Part shown: positions 1-8,991 of the stretch, one piece after another
How positions within the stretch are numbered: the stretch's first letter is position 1
Layout: each line of letters opens with the position of its first letter
IMG/VR virus record: IMGVR_UViG_651053022_000007
Span: 28,836-92,835 of that record
Reading direction: 5' to 3' (one strand)
DNA length: 64,000 bases
DNA from: a virus
Lineage: Duplodnaviria; Heunggongvirae; Uroviricota; Caudoviricetes
The notes under the pieces: generated by a model
What the model saw: the letters and a program-made list of their open reading frames with translations, nothing else
Databases searched by the model: none
What the model was told of the DNA's origin: nothing
Position numbers and translations under genes: made by a program

Positions 1-33
1 GGATGGCGGTCTACAGAGGGTTGTTGCCAGATA

Positions 34-264
34 TCATGAGTAGAAGAAGTATGCCAGTTCCGCTTTTGAGCGCAGCCATTGTCTTGTTTTACAGGCTTTA
101 AAAAGCCCATTCATCAATACCTTACCTGGCATTTTGCGCTTACCTGTTAAGTGAGTCTGGATATAGTGACTCGTCGTTCCGGCTTCCTGTGCGAAGGCTT
201 CACGCTCATCCGGAGTAAGTGCAAGCCAGTGCTTTTTGAAATCGAAATGTCCGTTATCGCTCAT
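34..264 (-). CDS. Cro/CI-type HTH regulator (Cro-like), divergent from 419..1003
   Basis: 76-aa ORF; small basic protein with HTH-like segment; divergent from a tandem-HTH gene across an operator-bearing intergenic region. Confidence 0.4.
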   Translation of the reverse strand: MSDNGHFDFKKHWLALTPDEREAFAQEAGTTSHYIQTHLTGKRKMPGKVLMNGLFKACKTRQWLRSKAELAYFFYS

Positions 265-418
265 AGCTATTGCCTGATATTTATTTCAGATAATAAATAT
301 TCACCCATAAGGTAACAAAAATCAAGGATAGTTACCTATGAGGTGCATTTACCTGTTGGGTAATATTGCTTTAAATTGAATCATCTACTGATTCATATAT
401 GAGGCGATTTTCCAGAAA
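265..418. promoter_or_regulatory. divergent immunity-region control region with operator-like palindromes
   Basis: TTACC-TGTTG-GGTAA at 349-363 and GGTAA..TTACC pair at 311-336 between divergent regulator genes. Confidence 0.4.
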
Positions 419-1003
419 ATGAAAAGTATCCAGGACGTCCGCAGGCAAAATCTCAACGACTTGATCGACCGTGAATTCAATGGTGTTCAGACGCGGATGG
501 CAGAAAAACTTGGAACTCAGGCAAATCTGGTAAACCGCTGGGCTCTTGGAAAGAAGGTTATCGGCGACCAGGTTGCGCGAAAAATTGAAGCTGCCGCCAA
601 TAAACCCCGTAACTGGCTTGATATCGATCGCTCGCTTTCTCAGGAAGGTTTTCAGCCTGTCGGCCCAAGCGACATTGGTCAGCTGGCGGCTCACAACCTG
701 GAACGCTGGATGAGCGAAAGCCGCGACCTTTCAACGCAGGGAAAACTACACCGCGCATCCGGCGTCGCCCAGGTGACAATCAGCCGCCTGTTAAACAATG
801 AAGTCAGCGTTTCCATTTCCACCCTGGAGAATGTTGCATCCGCATTCGGGCGTCACGGCTATGAATTACTGATTCACCCGCACGACCCTGCGACTATCAA
901 CTATGATCGCTCGCGCTACGCATTGTTACCTGAAACAGAGAAGGCAAAGATCGAAAGTTACATTGAATTTGTCATCAACCAGAACGAAAAAAGAAAACAA
1001 TAA
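419..1003 (+). CDS. tandem-HTH (XRE-like) DNA-binding protein, putative phage repressor/regulator
   Basis: 194-aa ORF with two HTH-like segments (QTRMAEKLGTQANLVNRW and ASGVAQVTISRLL). Confidence 0.5.
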   Translation: MKSIQDVRRQNLNDLIDREFNGVQTRMAEKLGTQANLVNRWALGKKVIGDQVARKIEAAANKPRNWLDIDRSLSQEGFQPVGPSDIGQLAAHNLERWMSESRDLSTQGKLHRASGVAQVTISRLLNNEVSVSISTLENVASAFGRHGYELLIHPHDPATINYDRSRYALLPETEKAKIESYIEFVINQNEKRKQ

Positions 1004-1024
1004 AATCATATTTTTCAGTAAGTA

Positions 1025-1048
1025 AGCCGCCTCATGGCGGCTTTTTTA
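1025..1048 (+). terminator. rho-independent terminator
   Basis: hairpin AGCCGCC-TCAT-GGCGGCT followed by T6 immediately after the 419..1003 stop. Confidence 0.55.
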
Positions 1049-1060
1049 TTGCCTATACGA

Positions 1061-1075
1061 TTACCTTATGGGTAA
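1061..1075. promoter_or_regulatory. operator-like palindrome TTACC-N5-GGTAA
   Basis: TTACCTTATGGGTAA read directly. Confidence 0.45.
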
Positions 1076-1094
1076 TTTTTTTAACTCATATCTA

Positions 1095-1137
1095 TTGACA
1101 TCAAACCAGATACGCATAATTATTACCTCAACGGTAA
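1095..1137 (+). promoter_or_regulatory. putative early promoter overlapped by operator palindrome
   Basis: TTGACA at 1095-1100, -10-like TAATTA/ATAATT near 1116-1122, then TTACC-TCAAC-GGTAA at 1123-1137. Confidence 0.4.
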
Positions 1138-1156
1138 CAGACCGAGGTAACAAGTT

Positions 1157-1309
1157 ATGCAGTGGAAAATCATCAACGGTTGGTACTGCGTTACTGCATG
1201 CGGATTCATGAGCTGGAAGTTCCGCACCTTACAGGAAGGCATTAAGTGGGCTTTCGTCAGCAAAGAAGCTCGCGATGTAGCCAACGATAACGAGATATGG
1301 GAGGGCTGA
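1157..1309 (+). CDS. small hypothetical protein (50 aa)
   Basis: ATG..TGA ORF not in supplied track (MQWKIINGWYCVTACGF...); first ORF downstream of promoter. Confidence 0.25.
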   Translation: MQWKIINGWYCVTACGFMSWKFRTLQEGIKWAFVSKEARDVANDNEIWEG

Positions 1310-1311
1310 TA

Positions 1312-1611
1312 ATGAACGTTAATCAGCAGAAAAATCTTCAAAAAATCATGCTGGCATTCGACAAGGACTACCCCCTGTCAGAACAGCTATATGACCGACA
1401 AGTTGAACTGATTGAGAGCATCCGACTTCATCAACTGTCCTCAACTTTCGACGTTGTAACAGGCAAAGGCGTTCGTCAGGAAGTGCTGGAGGCTGCTAAA
1501 GACAGCCCTGAGTTCGAAGAACTGATGGATGCCTACCGGCGCGAGGCAATGGCAATTATAGCGCGCTGGGATCTGGCGGATCAGCTTGATGGGCAGAGGG
1601 ACGCGGCATGA
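1312..1611 (+). CDS. hypothetical early-operon protein (99 aa)
   Basis: ORF 1297..1611 with likely start at MNVNQQ; immediately upstream of and overlapping the exonuclease gene. Confidence 0.45.
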   Translation: MNVNQQKNLQKIMLAFDKDYPLSEQLYDRQVELIESIRLHQLSSTFDVVTGKGVRQEVLEAAKDSPEFEELMDAYRREAMAIIARWDLADQLDGQRDAA

Positions 1612-2507
1612 TGCGGAACGCTGGAATCATGGATAGAACAAAATACATCGGAGGAAGCGATGTTGCAGGGATTCTTGGAATTAGCCCATGGCGCACCCCG
1701 CTTGAGGTTTATCTGGATAAGGTACAGCCACGTGTCAAACCAGTAGACCCAAGCAAGCAGAAAGTTTTCACGCGTGGCCAGCGTATGGAGCCATACGTAA
1801 TAGACCTGCTTTCTGAGGAAACAGGGATGGAAATCGTTCATCGCGGAAACCGCTATATCCACCGTGATTACGATTTTATTGCAGCTGAGATCGATGCAGA
1901 AGCAGCGTCAGGCGAGAACATTGAGATCAAAACAGTTAGTCCGTTCAAAGCCAAAGAATGGGGAGAAATCCAGACAGATGCAATTCCTGTGCATTACACG
2001 GCCCAGGCCATGCACGGGTTGATGGTTACAAACAAACAGGTATGCGTTTTCGGTGTGCTTATCGGTGGCGACGACTTCCGAATCTATCGGGTTGAGCGTG
2101 ATGAAGAAACTATCCAGGCGATCTTAGAAAAAGAAATCGCTTTCTGGGACCGAGTGAAAAATCTTAACCCGCCGGAAGCTACCAGCGTAAGCGATGTATC
2201 GCTGATGTTTGAGAAAGATGCCGGGACAAGTATCGAGGCTGACGGAAAGGCACTCGCACTATTCAACGATCTACGAGACATGAAATCACGCAGAAAATCA
2301 CTGGAAGAAGAAATAGCTATATCAGAAGAGAAGCTGAAGATGTACATGCAAGAGCACTCAGTCCTGACCCTGGACGGAAAGCCGCTCTGCACATGGAAAT
2401 CTCAGATCAGCAACAGATTCGACCAGAAGCTATTCCAGTCAGTACACCCTGAGTTATTCGAAAAATTCAAAACAACAACGACACAACGCGTCTTCAGAAT
2501 GAAGTAA
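1608..2507 (+). CDS. YqaJ-type PD-(D/E)XK recombination exonuclease
   Basis: 299 aa; N-terminal GGSDVAGILGISPWRTPLEVY motif typical of YqaJ viral recombinase exonuclease; precedes RecT. Confidence 0.7.
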   Translation: MMRNAGIMDRTKYIGGSDVAGILGISPWRTPLEVYLDKVQPRVKPVDPSKQKVFTRGQRMEPYVIDLLSEETGMEIVHRGNRYIHRDYDFIAAEIDAEAASGENIEIKTVSPFKAKEWGEIQTDAIPVHYTAQAMHGLMVTNKQVCVFGVLIGGDDFRIYRVERDEETIQAILEKEIAFWDRVKNLNPPEATSVSDVSLMFEKDAGTSIEADGKALALFNDLRDMKSRRKSLEEEIAISEEKLKMYMQEHSVLTLDGKPLCTWKSQISNRFDQKLFQSVHPELFEKFKTTTTQRVFRMK

Positions 2508-2516
2508 GGAGAAAAA

Positions 2517-3539
2517 ATGTCTATCAATGCACTTAAGGCAGCGGCTACCGGTAACCAAGTTGCACATCATAATGAGAAACCAACAACTCTGGCCGGACTT
2601 CTGGCAGACCCAAAAATTAAAGCTCAGATGGCTTTGGCACTTCCAAAGCACATGACAGCAGACCGTCTGGCGCGCATAGCAACCACAGAGATCAGAAAGG
2701 TTCCAAAACTTGCATCATGCGACCAAGCCAGCTTCCTGGGGGCAATTATGCAATGTGCCCAATTGGGTCTTGAACCAGGCGGAGCTCTTGGACACGCTTA
2801 CCTGATACCGTTCGACAAACGCCAGAAAGTAAATGGAAGATGGGAAACCGTATCTACAGAAGCACAGCTGATTATCGGCTATCGCGGAATGATTGACCTT
2901 GCCCGCCGCTCTGGGCAGATCCTGAGTATCTCGGCTCGTACCGTACATACAAACGACAAATTCAGCTACTCATACGGCCTGGAAGAAACGCTCGAGCATT
3001 TACCTTGCGAAACAGGTGACCGCGGAGAATTAACGCACGTTTACGCCGTTGCACGACTGAAAGATGGCGGAGTCCAATTTGAAGTTATGAGCCGGGCAGA
3101 CGTTGAGAAAGTTCGTGCACTGAGCAAAGCCGGTAGCAGTGGCCCATGGGTTGATCACTTCGATGAGATGGCTAAAAAAACAGTAATTCGCCGACTGTTC
3201 AAATATCTTCCTGTTTCTATTGAAATGCAGAAGGCTGTTGTTATGGATGAGCGCGCTGAAGCTGGACTTAGCCAAGATAACGCAGCTGTTATCACTGGTG
3301 AATATTCCGTAGTTGACGATGAGCGTCAACACCTGTCGCCAATTTCAGATTCAGAACGAGAAGAAGCTCGAGAATATATCATCGCGATACTTAATAGCCT
3401 GGATCCATCTGCTGAAGATGCAAAAACGATGTTCAAGCGCGCTGAAAATGAAATTAACACCATGGCTGAAAAGCTCGGTGATGAATATCACCAAAAATTC
3501 ATGATGACGCTTAACGATATGCGTCCAGAATTCGAGTAA
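2517..3539 (+). CDS. recT: RecT-family single-strand annealing recombinase
   Basis: 340 aa; strong similarity to RecT (RIATTEIRKVP, GLEPG..LGHAYL.PF, LIIGYRGMIDLARRSGQI, GPW, AKKT.IRRLFKYLPVSIE). Confidence 0.85.
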   Translation: MSINALKAAATGNQVAHHNEKPTTLAGLLADPKIKAQMALALPKHMTADRLARIATTEIRKVPKLASCDQASFLGAIMQCAQLGLEPGGALGHAYLIPFDKRQKVNGRWETVSTEAQLIIGYRGMIDLARRSGQILSISARTVHTNDKFSYSYGLEETLEHLPCETGDRGELTHVYAVARLKDGGVQFEVMSRADVEKVRALSKAGSSGPWVDHFDEMAKKTVIRRLFKYLPVSIEMQKAVVMDERAEAGLSQDNAAVITGEYSVVDDERQHLSPISDSEREEAREYIIAILNSLDPSAEDAKTMFKRAENEINTMAEKLGDEYHQKFMMTLNDMRPEFE

Positions 3540-3588
3540 CCACCACCGCGGCGCCACGTGCGCCGCACTGCAACCAAGAGAGGTATTC

Positions 3589-3837
3589 ATGAAAGGTGCA
3601 TTAGGTAAGAAAGAACTCCTGGCGGTGGTGCCACTGTCATGGAGCACTATCGACCGTATGGAGCGCGCAGGGGAATTTCCTAAACGCTGGTATATCACCG
3701 ATAAACGCTGCGCATGGAACCGTGATGAAGTTGAGCGTTGGCTTGATGAACGTCAGGCAGCAAGCCCGGCAGAGTTCCAGGGTAAAAAGCCTCCTGTTCA
3801 GCAACGTGTATATCGTCCTGTGAGCAACGCGGCATGA
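3589..3837 (+). CDS. AlpA-family phage regulatory protein / excisionase-like
   Basis: 82 aa; small HTH protein with AlpA-like motif (LSWSTIDRMERAGEFPKRW). Confidence 0.6.
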   Translation: MKGALGKKELLAVVPLSWSTIDRMERAGEFPKRWYITDKRCAWNRDEVERWLDERQAASPAEFQGKKPPVQQRVYRPVSNAA

Positions 3838-3946
3838 GTGTGCTGCTAAGGCACTGGAGCAAATGGTCAGGATGGTACTTATTCCTGGCCTCTGTTTCAG
3901 CATGGCTTTATCTGCTGGCATTAATTTTCAGAGAGGGTTGGATTAA

Positions 3947-4246
3947 GTGAGAAAGTTAAGCCGACTTGAAAAATATCACATGAACAAGGTTTCAATGCGC
4001 AGCCCTTCAAAGGTTGTTGCCGTTACTCCTGCGGCGATAGAGATCGAAAAACGCGCGATTGAAAGAGAGAAAAAAGGGCAGTTCCGCATTGCCGCCCACC
4101 TTTGGCTTCAGTGTATGGATGTTGCTTCTGGTGATGTTGAACGTGCAAGGATCGCGATTCTCAGGGACCAATGTATCACAAAAGGTAACGGACTTCGCCG
4201 TGGCGACTATAGCGGCATAGGATGTTGTGGGGTGGTTTATGACTAA
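3947..4246 (+). CDS. small regulator, tentatively PerC-family-like
   Basis: 99-aa ORF; pattern EKKGQFRIAAHLW...ERARIAILRDQC resembles PerC/Pch small activators; recalled from memory only. Confidence 0.3.
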   Translation: MRKLSRLEKYHMNKVSMRSPSKVVAVTPAAIEIEKRAIEREKKGQFRIAAHLWLQCMDVASGDVERARIAILRDQCITKGNGLRRGDYSGIGCCGVVYD

Positions 4247-4889
4247 GAAATACACACTAATCTATGCAGATCCACCCTGGGCATACCGGGACAAAGCCAC
4301 AGATGGTAATCGCGGTGCCGGTTTTAAATATCCGGTTATGAGTGTGCTGGATATCTGCCGCCTTCCTGTGTGGGATTTGGCCGGTGAAAACTGTCTGTTG
4401 GCCATGTGGTGGGTGCCAACACAACCACTCGAAGCACTAAAAGTTGTTGAAGCCTGGGGATTTCGTCTGATGACGATGAAGGGCTTCACGTGGATAAAAT
4501 GTGGTAGTCGACAACCAGATAAACTGGTTATGGGTATGGGACACATGACTCGCGCCAATAGTGAAGATTGCCTGTTTGCGGTAAAGGGAAAACTACCTAC
4601 GCGCATTAATGCAGGGATCGTTCAGTCATTTACCGCACCGCGGCTTGAGCATTCAAGAAAGCCAGATATCGTTCGTGAAAAACTTGTGCAATTATTAGGC
4701 GATGTTTCTCGCATTGAACTGTTCGCCCGCCAGACGTCTCATGGCTTTGATGTTTGGGGTAATCAGTGCGAAGACCCGGCAGTGCAACTACACCCTGGAT
4801 ACGCGTTGGATATTGGCGGATTAACAAATGCATTCAGCAATGCTCCGCTGTCACCAATAGACAACCAGGGGCGGGAGCGTGCAGCATGA
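4239..4889 (+). CDS. MT-A70-family DNA N6-adenine methyltransferase
   Basis: ORF 4227..4889; YADPPWAY (DPPW) catalytic motif. Confidence 0.7.
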   Translation: MTKKYTLIYADPPWAYRDKATDGNRGAGFKYPVMSVLDICRLPVWDLAGENCLLAMWWVPTQPLEALKVVEAWGFRLMTMKGFTWIKCGSRQPDKLVMGMGHMTRANSEDCLFAVKGKLPTRINAGIVQSFTAPRLEHSRKPDIVREKLVQLLGDVSRIELFARQTSHGFDVWGNQCEDPAVQLHPGYALDIGGLTNAFSNAPLSPIDNQGRERAA

Positions 4890-5545
4890 GCCTATATCAA
4901 CGCATCAATGGCGCTGACTGGTGCAATATCTTCGTCGTCGGCGATCTGCATGGGTGCTACACGCTGCTGATGAACGAACTCGACAAAGTTTCATTCGACC
5001 CGGCGCGCGATTTACTTATTTCCGTTGGTGACCTTGTTGACCGCGGCGCTGAAAACCTCGAATGCCTGGATTTGATTACTATGCCGTGGTTCCGAGCTGT
5101 TCGTGGCAACCATGAGCAGATGATGCTGGATGCACTGGTCAACGGCGGAAGTTTCGGACATTGGATGTCAAACGGCGGTGGATGGTGGCACCAACTTGAT
5201 TCTGAGCAGGATGTGCAAATCAAATACCTTCTGCCAAAGATTGCCAACCTCCCGATGATTATCGAACTGGTTACCGGCAATAAGAAGGTCGTCATCTGTC
5301 ACGCAGACTACCCGCACAACGAATACGCATTCGATAAGCAAGTACCAGAAGAAATGGTGATATGGAATCGTGAGCGGGTTAGCGACGCGCAGGACGGTAT
5401 TGTCTCGGAGATAACCGGTGCCGATTTGTTCATCTTCGGTCATACGCCAGCACATCACCCACTGGTGTATGCAAACCAGATGTACATCGACACCGGCGCA
5501 GTGTTCTGCGGAAATCTGACGCTTATCAAAGTCCAGGAAGGATAG
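4886..5545 (+). CDS. lambda-type Ser/Thr protein phosphatase (metallophosphoesterase)
   Basis: Start [12 protein letters not shown] inside ORF 4766..5545; motifs GDLHG, GDLVDRG, GNHE. Confidence 0.75.
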   Translation: MSLYQRINGADWCNIFVVGDLHGCYTLLMNELDKVSFDPARDLLISVGDLVDRGAENLECLDLITMPWFRAVRGNHEQMMLDALVNGGSFGHWMSNGGGWWHQLDSEQDVQIKYLLPKIANLPMIIELVTGNKKVVICHADYPHNEYAFDKQVPEEMVIWNRERVSDAQDGIVSEITGADLFIFGHTPAHHPLVYANQMYIDTGAVFCGNLTLIKVQEG

Positions 5546-5547
5546 AA

Positions 5548-6804
5548 TTATTTATTACTGTCTTCCATCCACTTCTCAAACTTCGACGGGGAGAACGGAA
5601 TCAGATCCGTATGCTCCCCGTCAATCCAGGAATCAATCATATCTGCCCACTGCTGCAACATGTAGGCGCGCTGTCTGGCGTATTCCGCTTTGTTATATAC
5701 GGCGCGCACACCTTTCTGCTCATGTGCCAGAGCCTTTTCAATCCAGTCTGAAGGATAACCAGCCTCATGCAACAACGTACTGGCTGTACGGCGCATATCG
5801 TGTACGGTGAAGTCCTGAATATGCTCACCATCTTCATTTATTATTTTCACCGTTCTGTCGATCAGAGAGTTCAACGCGGCATTAGATAATGGCTTCCGGA
5901 AATTGTAACGACCAGGAACCAGGTATTCACTTCCACCAGCGCACATCTGCAACCCAACCAATATATCCTGTGCTTGTTTAGGCAGGTAAATAACGTGCGC
6001 CCGGCTTCCCTTCATGCGGCCTGAAGGAATTGTCCATGTCCATTTTTTAAAATCTATTTCATCCCACGTTGCATTGGTGAATTCGCCTTTACGAACCATA
6101 GTGATAAGCACCAGCTTTAAAGCCATTTTCATAGTGCCCATAGCACCAATGGCATCCAGCGTGCGGAAGAACAGACCAATTTCTTCTGGTGTCAGTGTTC
6201 GCTCTCGTGGTTTAAATATGGCGATAGACGAAGGTTTAATGTCAGCAGCAGGATTAAACAAACCATGACCACGGTCATTGGCGTGACGGTATACGCTGCT
6301 GATGATCTCCCTGGCCTGTACTGCTGTTGCCCGACCACCGCGTTCGACAATCCGGTCACACAAATCACGAACCATCGATGTGGTAATTTCAGCCATCATT
6401 TTGTTGCCAAGAACCGGAAGTATGTCACGGTCGATCACCGCCTGCTTCATTGCGCGGGTACTTTCAGCCAGGATGACGTGTTTCATATAACTGTCGGTAT
6501 GTACCGCAAACGTCTCGGCACCACGAATCTTTTTGATACCGTCACGTTTAGCCGCAGCCGGCGACTGGCCTGCTTTAAGCAGCTTCTTTGCAGCAATCAG
6601 TTCTTCTCGCGCTTCTGCCAGGCTGATACCGTCACGCCCATACTGCCCGATTACCAGTGTTTCGCGGCGACCGTTGATACGGTAGTCATAGCGAAACGAG
6701 ACCGTACCTGACGTAAGCACAGCTACATACAGCCCGTCACGATCGGAAACTTTGTACAGTTTGTCCTGTGGCTTGAGGTTTTTTAATTTTGTATCGGTAA
6801 GCAC
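5548..6804 (-). CDS. int: tyrosine integrase (P4-type, N-terminal arm-binding domain)
   Basis: 418 aa; MLTDTKLKNLKP...LYVAV N-terminus and C-terminal catalytic region (HDMRRT, Y near C-terminus). Confidence 0.85.
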   Translation of the reverse strand: MLTDTKLKNLKPQDKLYKVSDRDGLYVAVLTSGTVSFRYDYRINGRRETLVIGQYGRDGISLAEAREELIAAKKLLKAGQSPAAAKRDGIKKIRGAETFAVHTDSYMKHVILAESTRAMKQAVIDRDILPVLGNKMMAEITTSMVRDLCDRIVERGGRATAVQAREIISSVYRHANDRGHGLFNPAADIKPSSIAIFKPRERTLTPEEIGLFFRTLDAIGAMGTMKMALKLVLITMVRKGEFTNATWDEIDFKKWTWTIPSGRMKGSRAHVIYLPKQAQDILVGLQMCAGGSEYLVPGRYNFRKPLSNAALNSLIDRTVKIINEDGEHIQDFTVHDMRRTASTLLHEAGYPSDWIEKALAHEQKGVRAVYNKAEYARQRAYMLQQWADMIDSWIDGEHTDLIPFSPSKFEKWMEDSNK

Positions 6805-7121
6805 AATTCACCCGTATAGAAACCATTTTCATGACGGTATGAGAGTATACCTTTAAGGTAATACCGTCACCTGTACCGCCGAAAAATATGGTGTAGAGTG
6901 AATAGAAATGAATACGTAAAAACAAAAACCCTCTGCAAAAACAGAGGGTTGAGTTGGCATCTGAATAGGAATGATTTGCTATGAGTTAGCTGTTAATCAT
7001 TCCCACTCAATTATTTACGGATACCATAACCAATTGAGTGATAACATTTTTCCAAAACTCAATTTTCCTCGTACCGTTTTATATACCGTCACCGGAAATC
7101 AGTACCATGAAAAATGCCATG
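6805..7121. promoter_or_regulatory. integrase upstream region / candidate attP
   Basis: repeated ATACCGTCAC-like motifs, degenerate palindrome ATACC-TTTAA-GGTAA at 6847-6861, hairpin AACCCTCTG..CAGAGGGTT at 6925-6950; lies between int and the lysis cassette. Confidence 0.3.
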
Positions 7122-7604
7122 CTATCTGGTCAGGGTGTCGTACTGTTTTTCACAGACTCTTCCGGCTTCGGCTGCCCGGTCAGCATACTCTGCCAGTTGT
7201 CTGTTTCTCTCGAGAGATTTACTGAGCACGTCGGCAAGCAAAACTCCGGTGTCTGCGGCTGACGTCCCAGCGCCGACAATGGCGTTATACTGCCTGAGCT
7301 GCTCACGGATGGCAACGAGCTGTTGCTGCAACCGGCCAGCGCGAGCGGCAGCATCAAGAGCATCATTGCGCGCCTGGTCGATCCTCTGCTGCGCTTCACG
7401 TTCATTGATCGCTTTCTCCTGTTCGTAGTGCTGACGAATTCTCTCATCTTCGGTTTTGCGGTCTTCTTTCGCCTGCGCATACCCGGCGTCGTACTGACGA
7501 CTGCCGTGTACACTCCAGGCAGCAACTCCTGATATGACCAGAACAGCAAGCACCGCCATGATAATCAACTGTTTCCGGTATGCTTTTACGAATGCCCAGA
7601 TCAT
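7122..7604 (-). CDS. Rz-like i-spanin
   Basis: 160 aa; N-terminal TM segment then charged coiled-coil-like region; last gene of lysis cassette. Confidence 0.6.
   Translation of the reverse strand: MIWAFVKAYRKQLIIMAVLAVLVISGVAAWSVHGSRQYDAGYAQAKEDRKTEDERIRQHYEQEKAINEREAQQRIDQARNDALDAAARAGRLQQQLVAIREQLRQYNAIVGAGTSAADTGVLLADVLSKSLERNRQLAEYADRAAEAGRVCEKQYDTLTR
7130..7366 (-). CDS. Rz1-like o-spanin lipoprotein embedded in Rz (+1 frame)
   Basis: internal start [14 protein letters not shown] with lipobox LAGC and proline-rich mature part, within ORF 7130..7549. Confidence 0.5.
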   Translation of the reverse strand: MMLLMLPLALAGCSNSSLPSVSSSGSITPLSALGRQPQTPEFCLPTCSVNLSRETDNWQSMLTGQPKPEESVKNSTTP

Positions 7605-8230
7605 ACCGCCAGCACCTTACTGGCAGCGATGTACCGCGCGCGCCGGTCGTCGATGCCGTTCCGGCCACCATTGATAATCAGAGTTACACGTGCAATATCG
7701 CCGGTATACTTCATGCATCCTTTGCTGGCGAAGAACCACGCCGCGCTACGAGCCGCATATTCGTCCTGCGCCAGCAGTTCAGGGCTCTCCAGCAGGTCAA
7801 CCTTCAGACCGTTTCCGCAATCACGATAGTTATTCAAACCGGTAATCTGGATAAGTCCGCGCCCTCGGTAATTCCAGCCATCACCAGGGGCATTGTTCCC
7901 CATGCGTTTGCTGTATACCAGATTTGCGATCGCGCGCTGGCGCTCAAGTGGCAATGGTGGTTCACCAGCACGGCGCCCCAGTGCATTAGCCTGCCCCTGA
8001 GTGAGACGCCCAGCCCGAACGAAGTTAGCCAGTCCGCTGACACTGTAGTTGAAATTCTCCTGCAACCTGGTGAAGCCCCCAGACTCATGCCCGACTTGAG
8101 CAATAAACATTGCCTGATCTTCTGCTTTGCTGATACCAAACTCTTTCATCGCAGAAGTTATATGCGAGAACCAGCGTGCGGCCAGCGCCTCGCTAATACC
8201 AGCAGCTCGCTGGAATTGTTTAATCTCCAT
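7601..8230 (-). CDS. endolysin, glycoside hydrolase family 19 type
   Basis: 209 aa; motifs [10 protein letters not shown] and GRGLIQITG typical of GH19 phage lysozymes. Confidence 0.75.
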   Translation of the reverse strand: MEIKQFQRAAGISEALAARWFSHITSAMKEFGISKAEDQAMFIAQVGHESGGFTRLQENFNYSVSGLANFVRAGRLTQGQANALGRRAGEPPLPLERQRAIANLVYSKRMGNNAPGDGWNYRGRGLIQITGLNNYRDCGNGLKVDLLESPELLAQDEYAARSAAWFFASKGCMKYTGDIARVTLIINGGRNGIDDRRARYIAASKVLAV

Positions 8231-8528
8231 GTTTAGACCTCGTTATCTTGAAAATCTGAACGACGTTACCGCGAGTTTTAAGAACCGCAGCAAGCATGAC
8301 AGCGTTGATAATGACCTCAGATAAATCCACAGCCATTGGCGTGCGTAACCAGATTGCATAGGCGACTCGAACAGGAATACTGGCCGCAGCAACAATCAGG
8401 AAATAAGCAAGCCATCCTCCCCACCTTCGATGTTGAGAGCCGTTACGCCGGAATGTGACAACGCGAATTGCTATGCCAGTGCAAATAACTGCATTGGTGA
8501 TAAGCAAAAAAAACTCATGCGTTACCAT
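8220..8528 (-). CDS. membrane protein, putative holin/antiholin
   Basis: 102-aa hydrophobic ORF between holin-like gene and endolysin. Confidence 0.4.
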   Translation of the reverse strand: MVTHEFFLLITNAVICTGIAIRVVTFRRNGSQHRRWGGWLAYFLIVAAASIPVRVAYAIWLRTPMAVDLSEVIINAVMLAAVLKTRGNVVQIFKITRSKHGD

Positions 8529-8919
8529 CGTCTTTTCTCCCCGGAATTAACTCGCGTGGATTATCGGAACGGTGATAGAGCCATATACCAATACGCACAG
8601 CGACAATTGCTGACACGAATGCGCCTGCAGAGAAAACAATCCCTTTTTCAAAAGAGTCCTGCGTGATGGTAGGGATCAGGCTGGCTATGCCGATAAGAAT
8701 TGATGCTGCTGGTTTGTAAAAGAGAAGGCCGCAAAGAAAGCTGAGCATCGACAGGAGCACCCGGCGACGGATGGGGTACTCTACTGCAGAGGTAACAAAA
8801 ATTACCGCCCCAGCCAAAGCCCCTAAAGCAACCTCCGGAGGGACACCTGCAATAACCGCAGCAAGAGAACTAACACTAAGCCACTGATTTGAAGTTTCAT
8901 TGGTTAGTTGGAATGACAT
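8515..8919 (-). CDS. membrane protein, putative holin
   Basis: 134 aa with several hydrophobic segments, first gene of lysis cassette downstream of tailspike. Confidence 0.45.
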   Translation of the reverse strand: MSFQLTNETSNQWLSVSSLAAVIAGVPPEVALGALAGAVIFVTSAVEYPIRRRVLLSMLSFLCGLLFYKPAASILIGIASLIPTITQDSFEKGIVFSAGAFVSAIVAVRIGIWLYHRSDNPRELIPGRKDDGNA

Positions 8920-8991
8920 AACGAAACCCGTTTATTTGCAAACACCCTGCTTCAGGAAAAGTATACCGCGCAACAACACACCATTTACGGT

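Noticed and set aside
558-779. Minus-strand 73-aa ORF inside 419..1003
   Set aside because: Fully contained antisense to the tandem-HTH gene; Arg/Pro/Gly-rich translation; no start context.
7130-7549. 139-aa protein from the full +1-frame ORF inside Rz
   Set aside because: N-terminal 61 codons are basic low-complexity read-through; only the distal 78 codons starting at the lipobox form a plausible Rz1.
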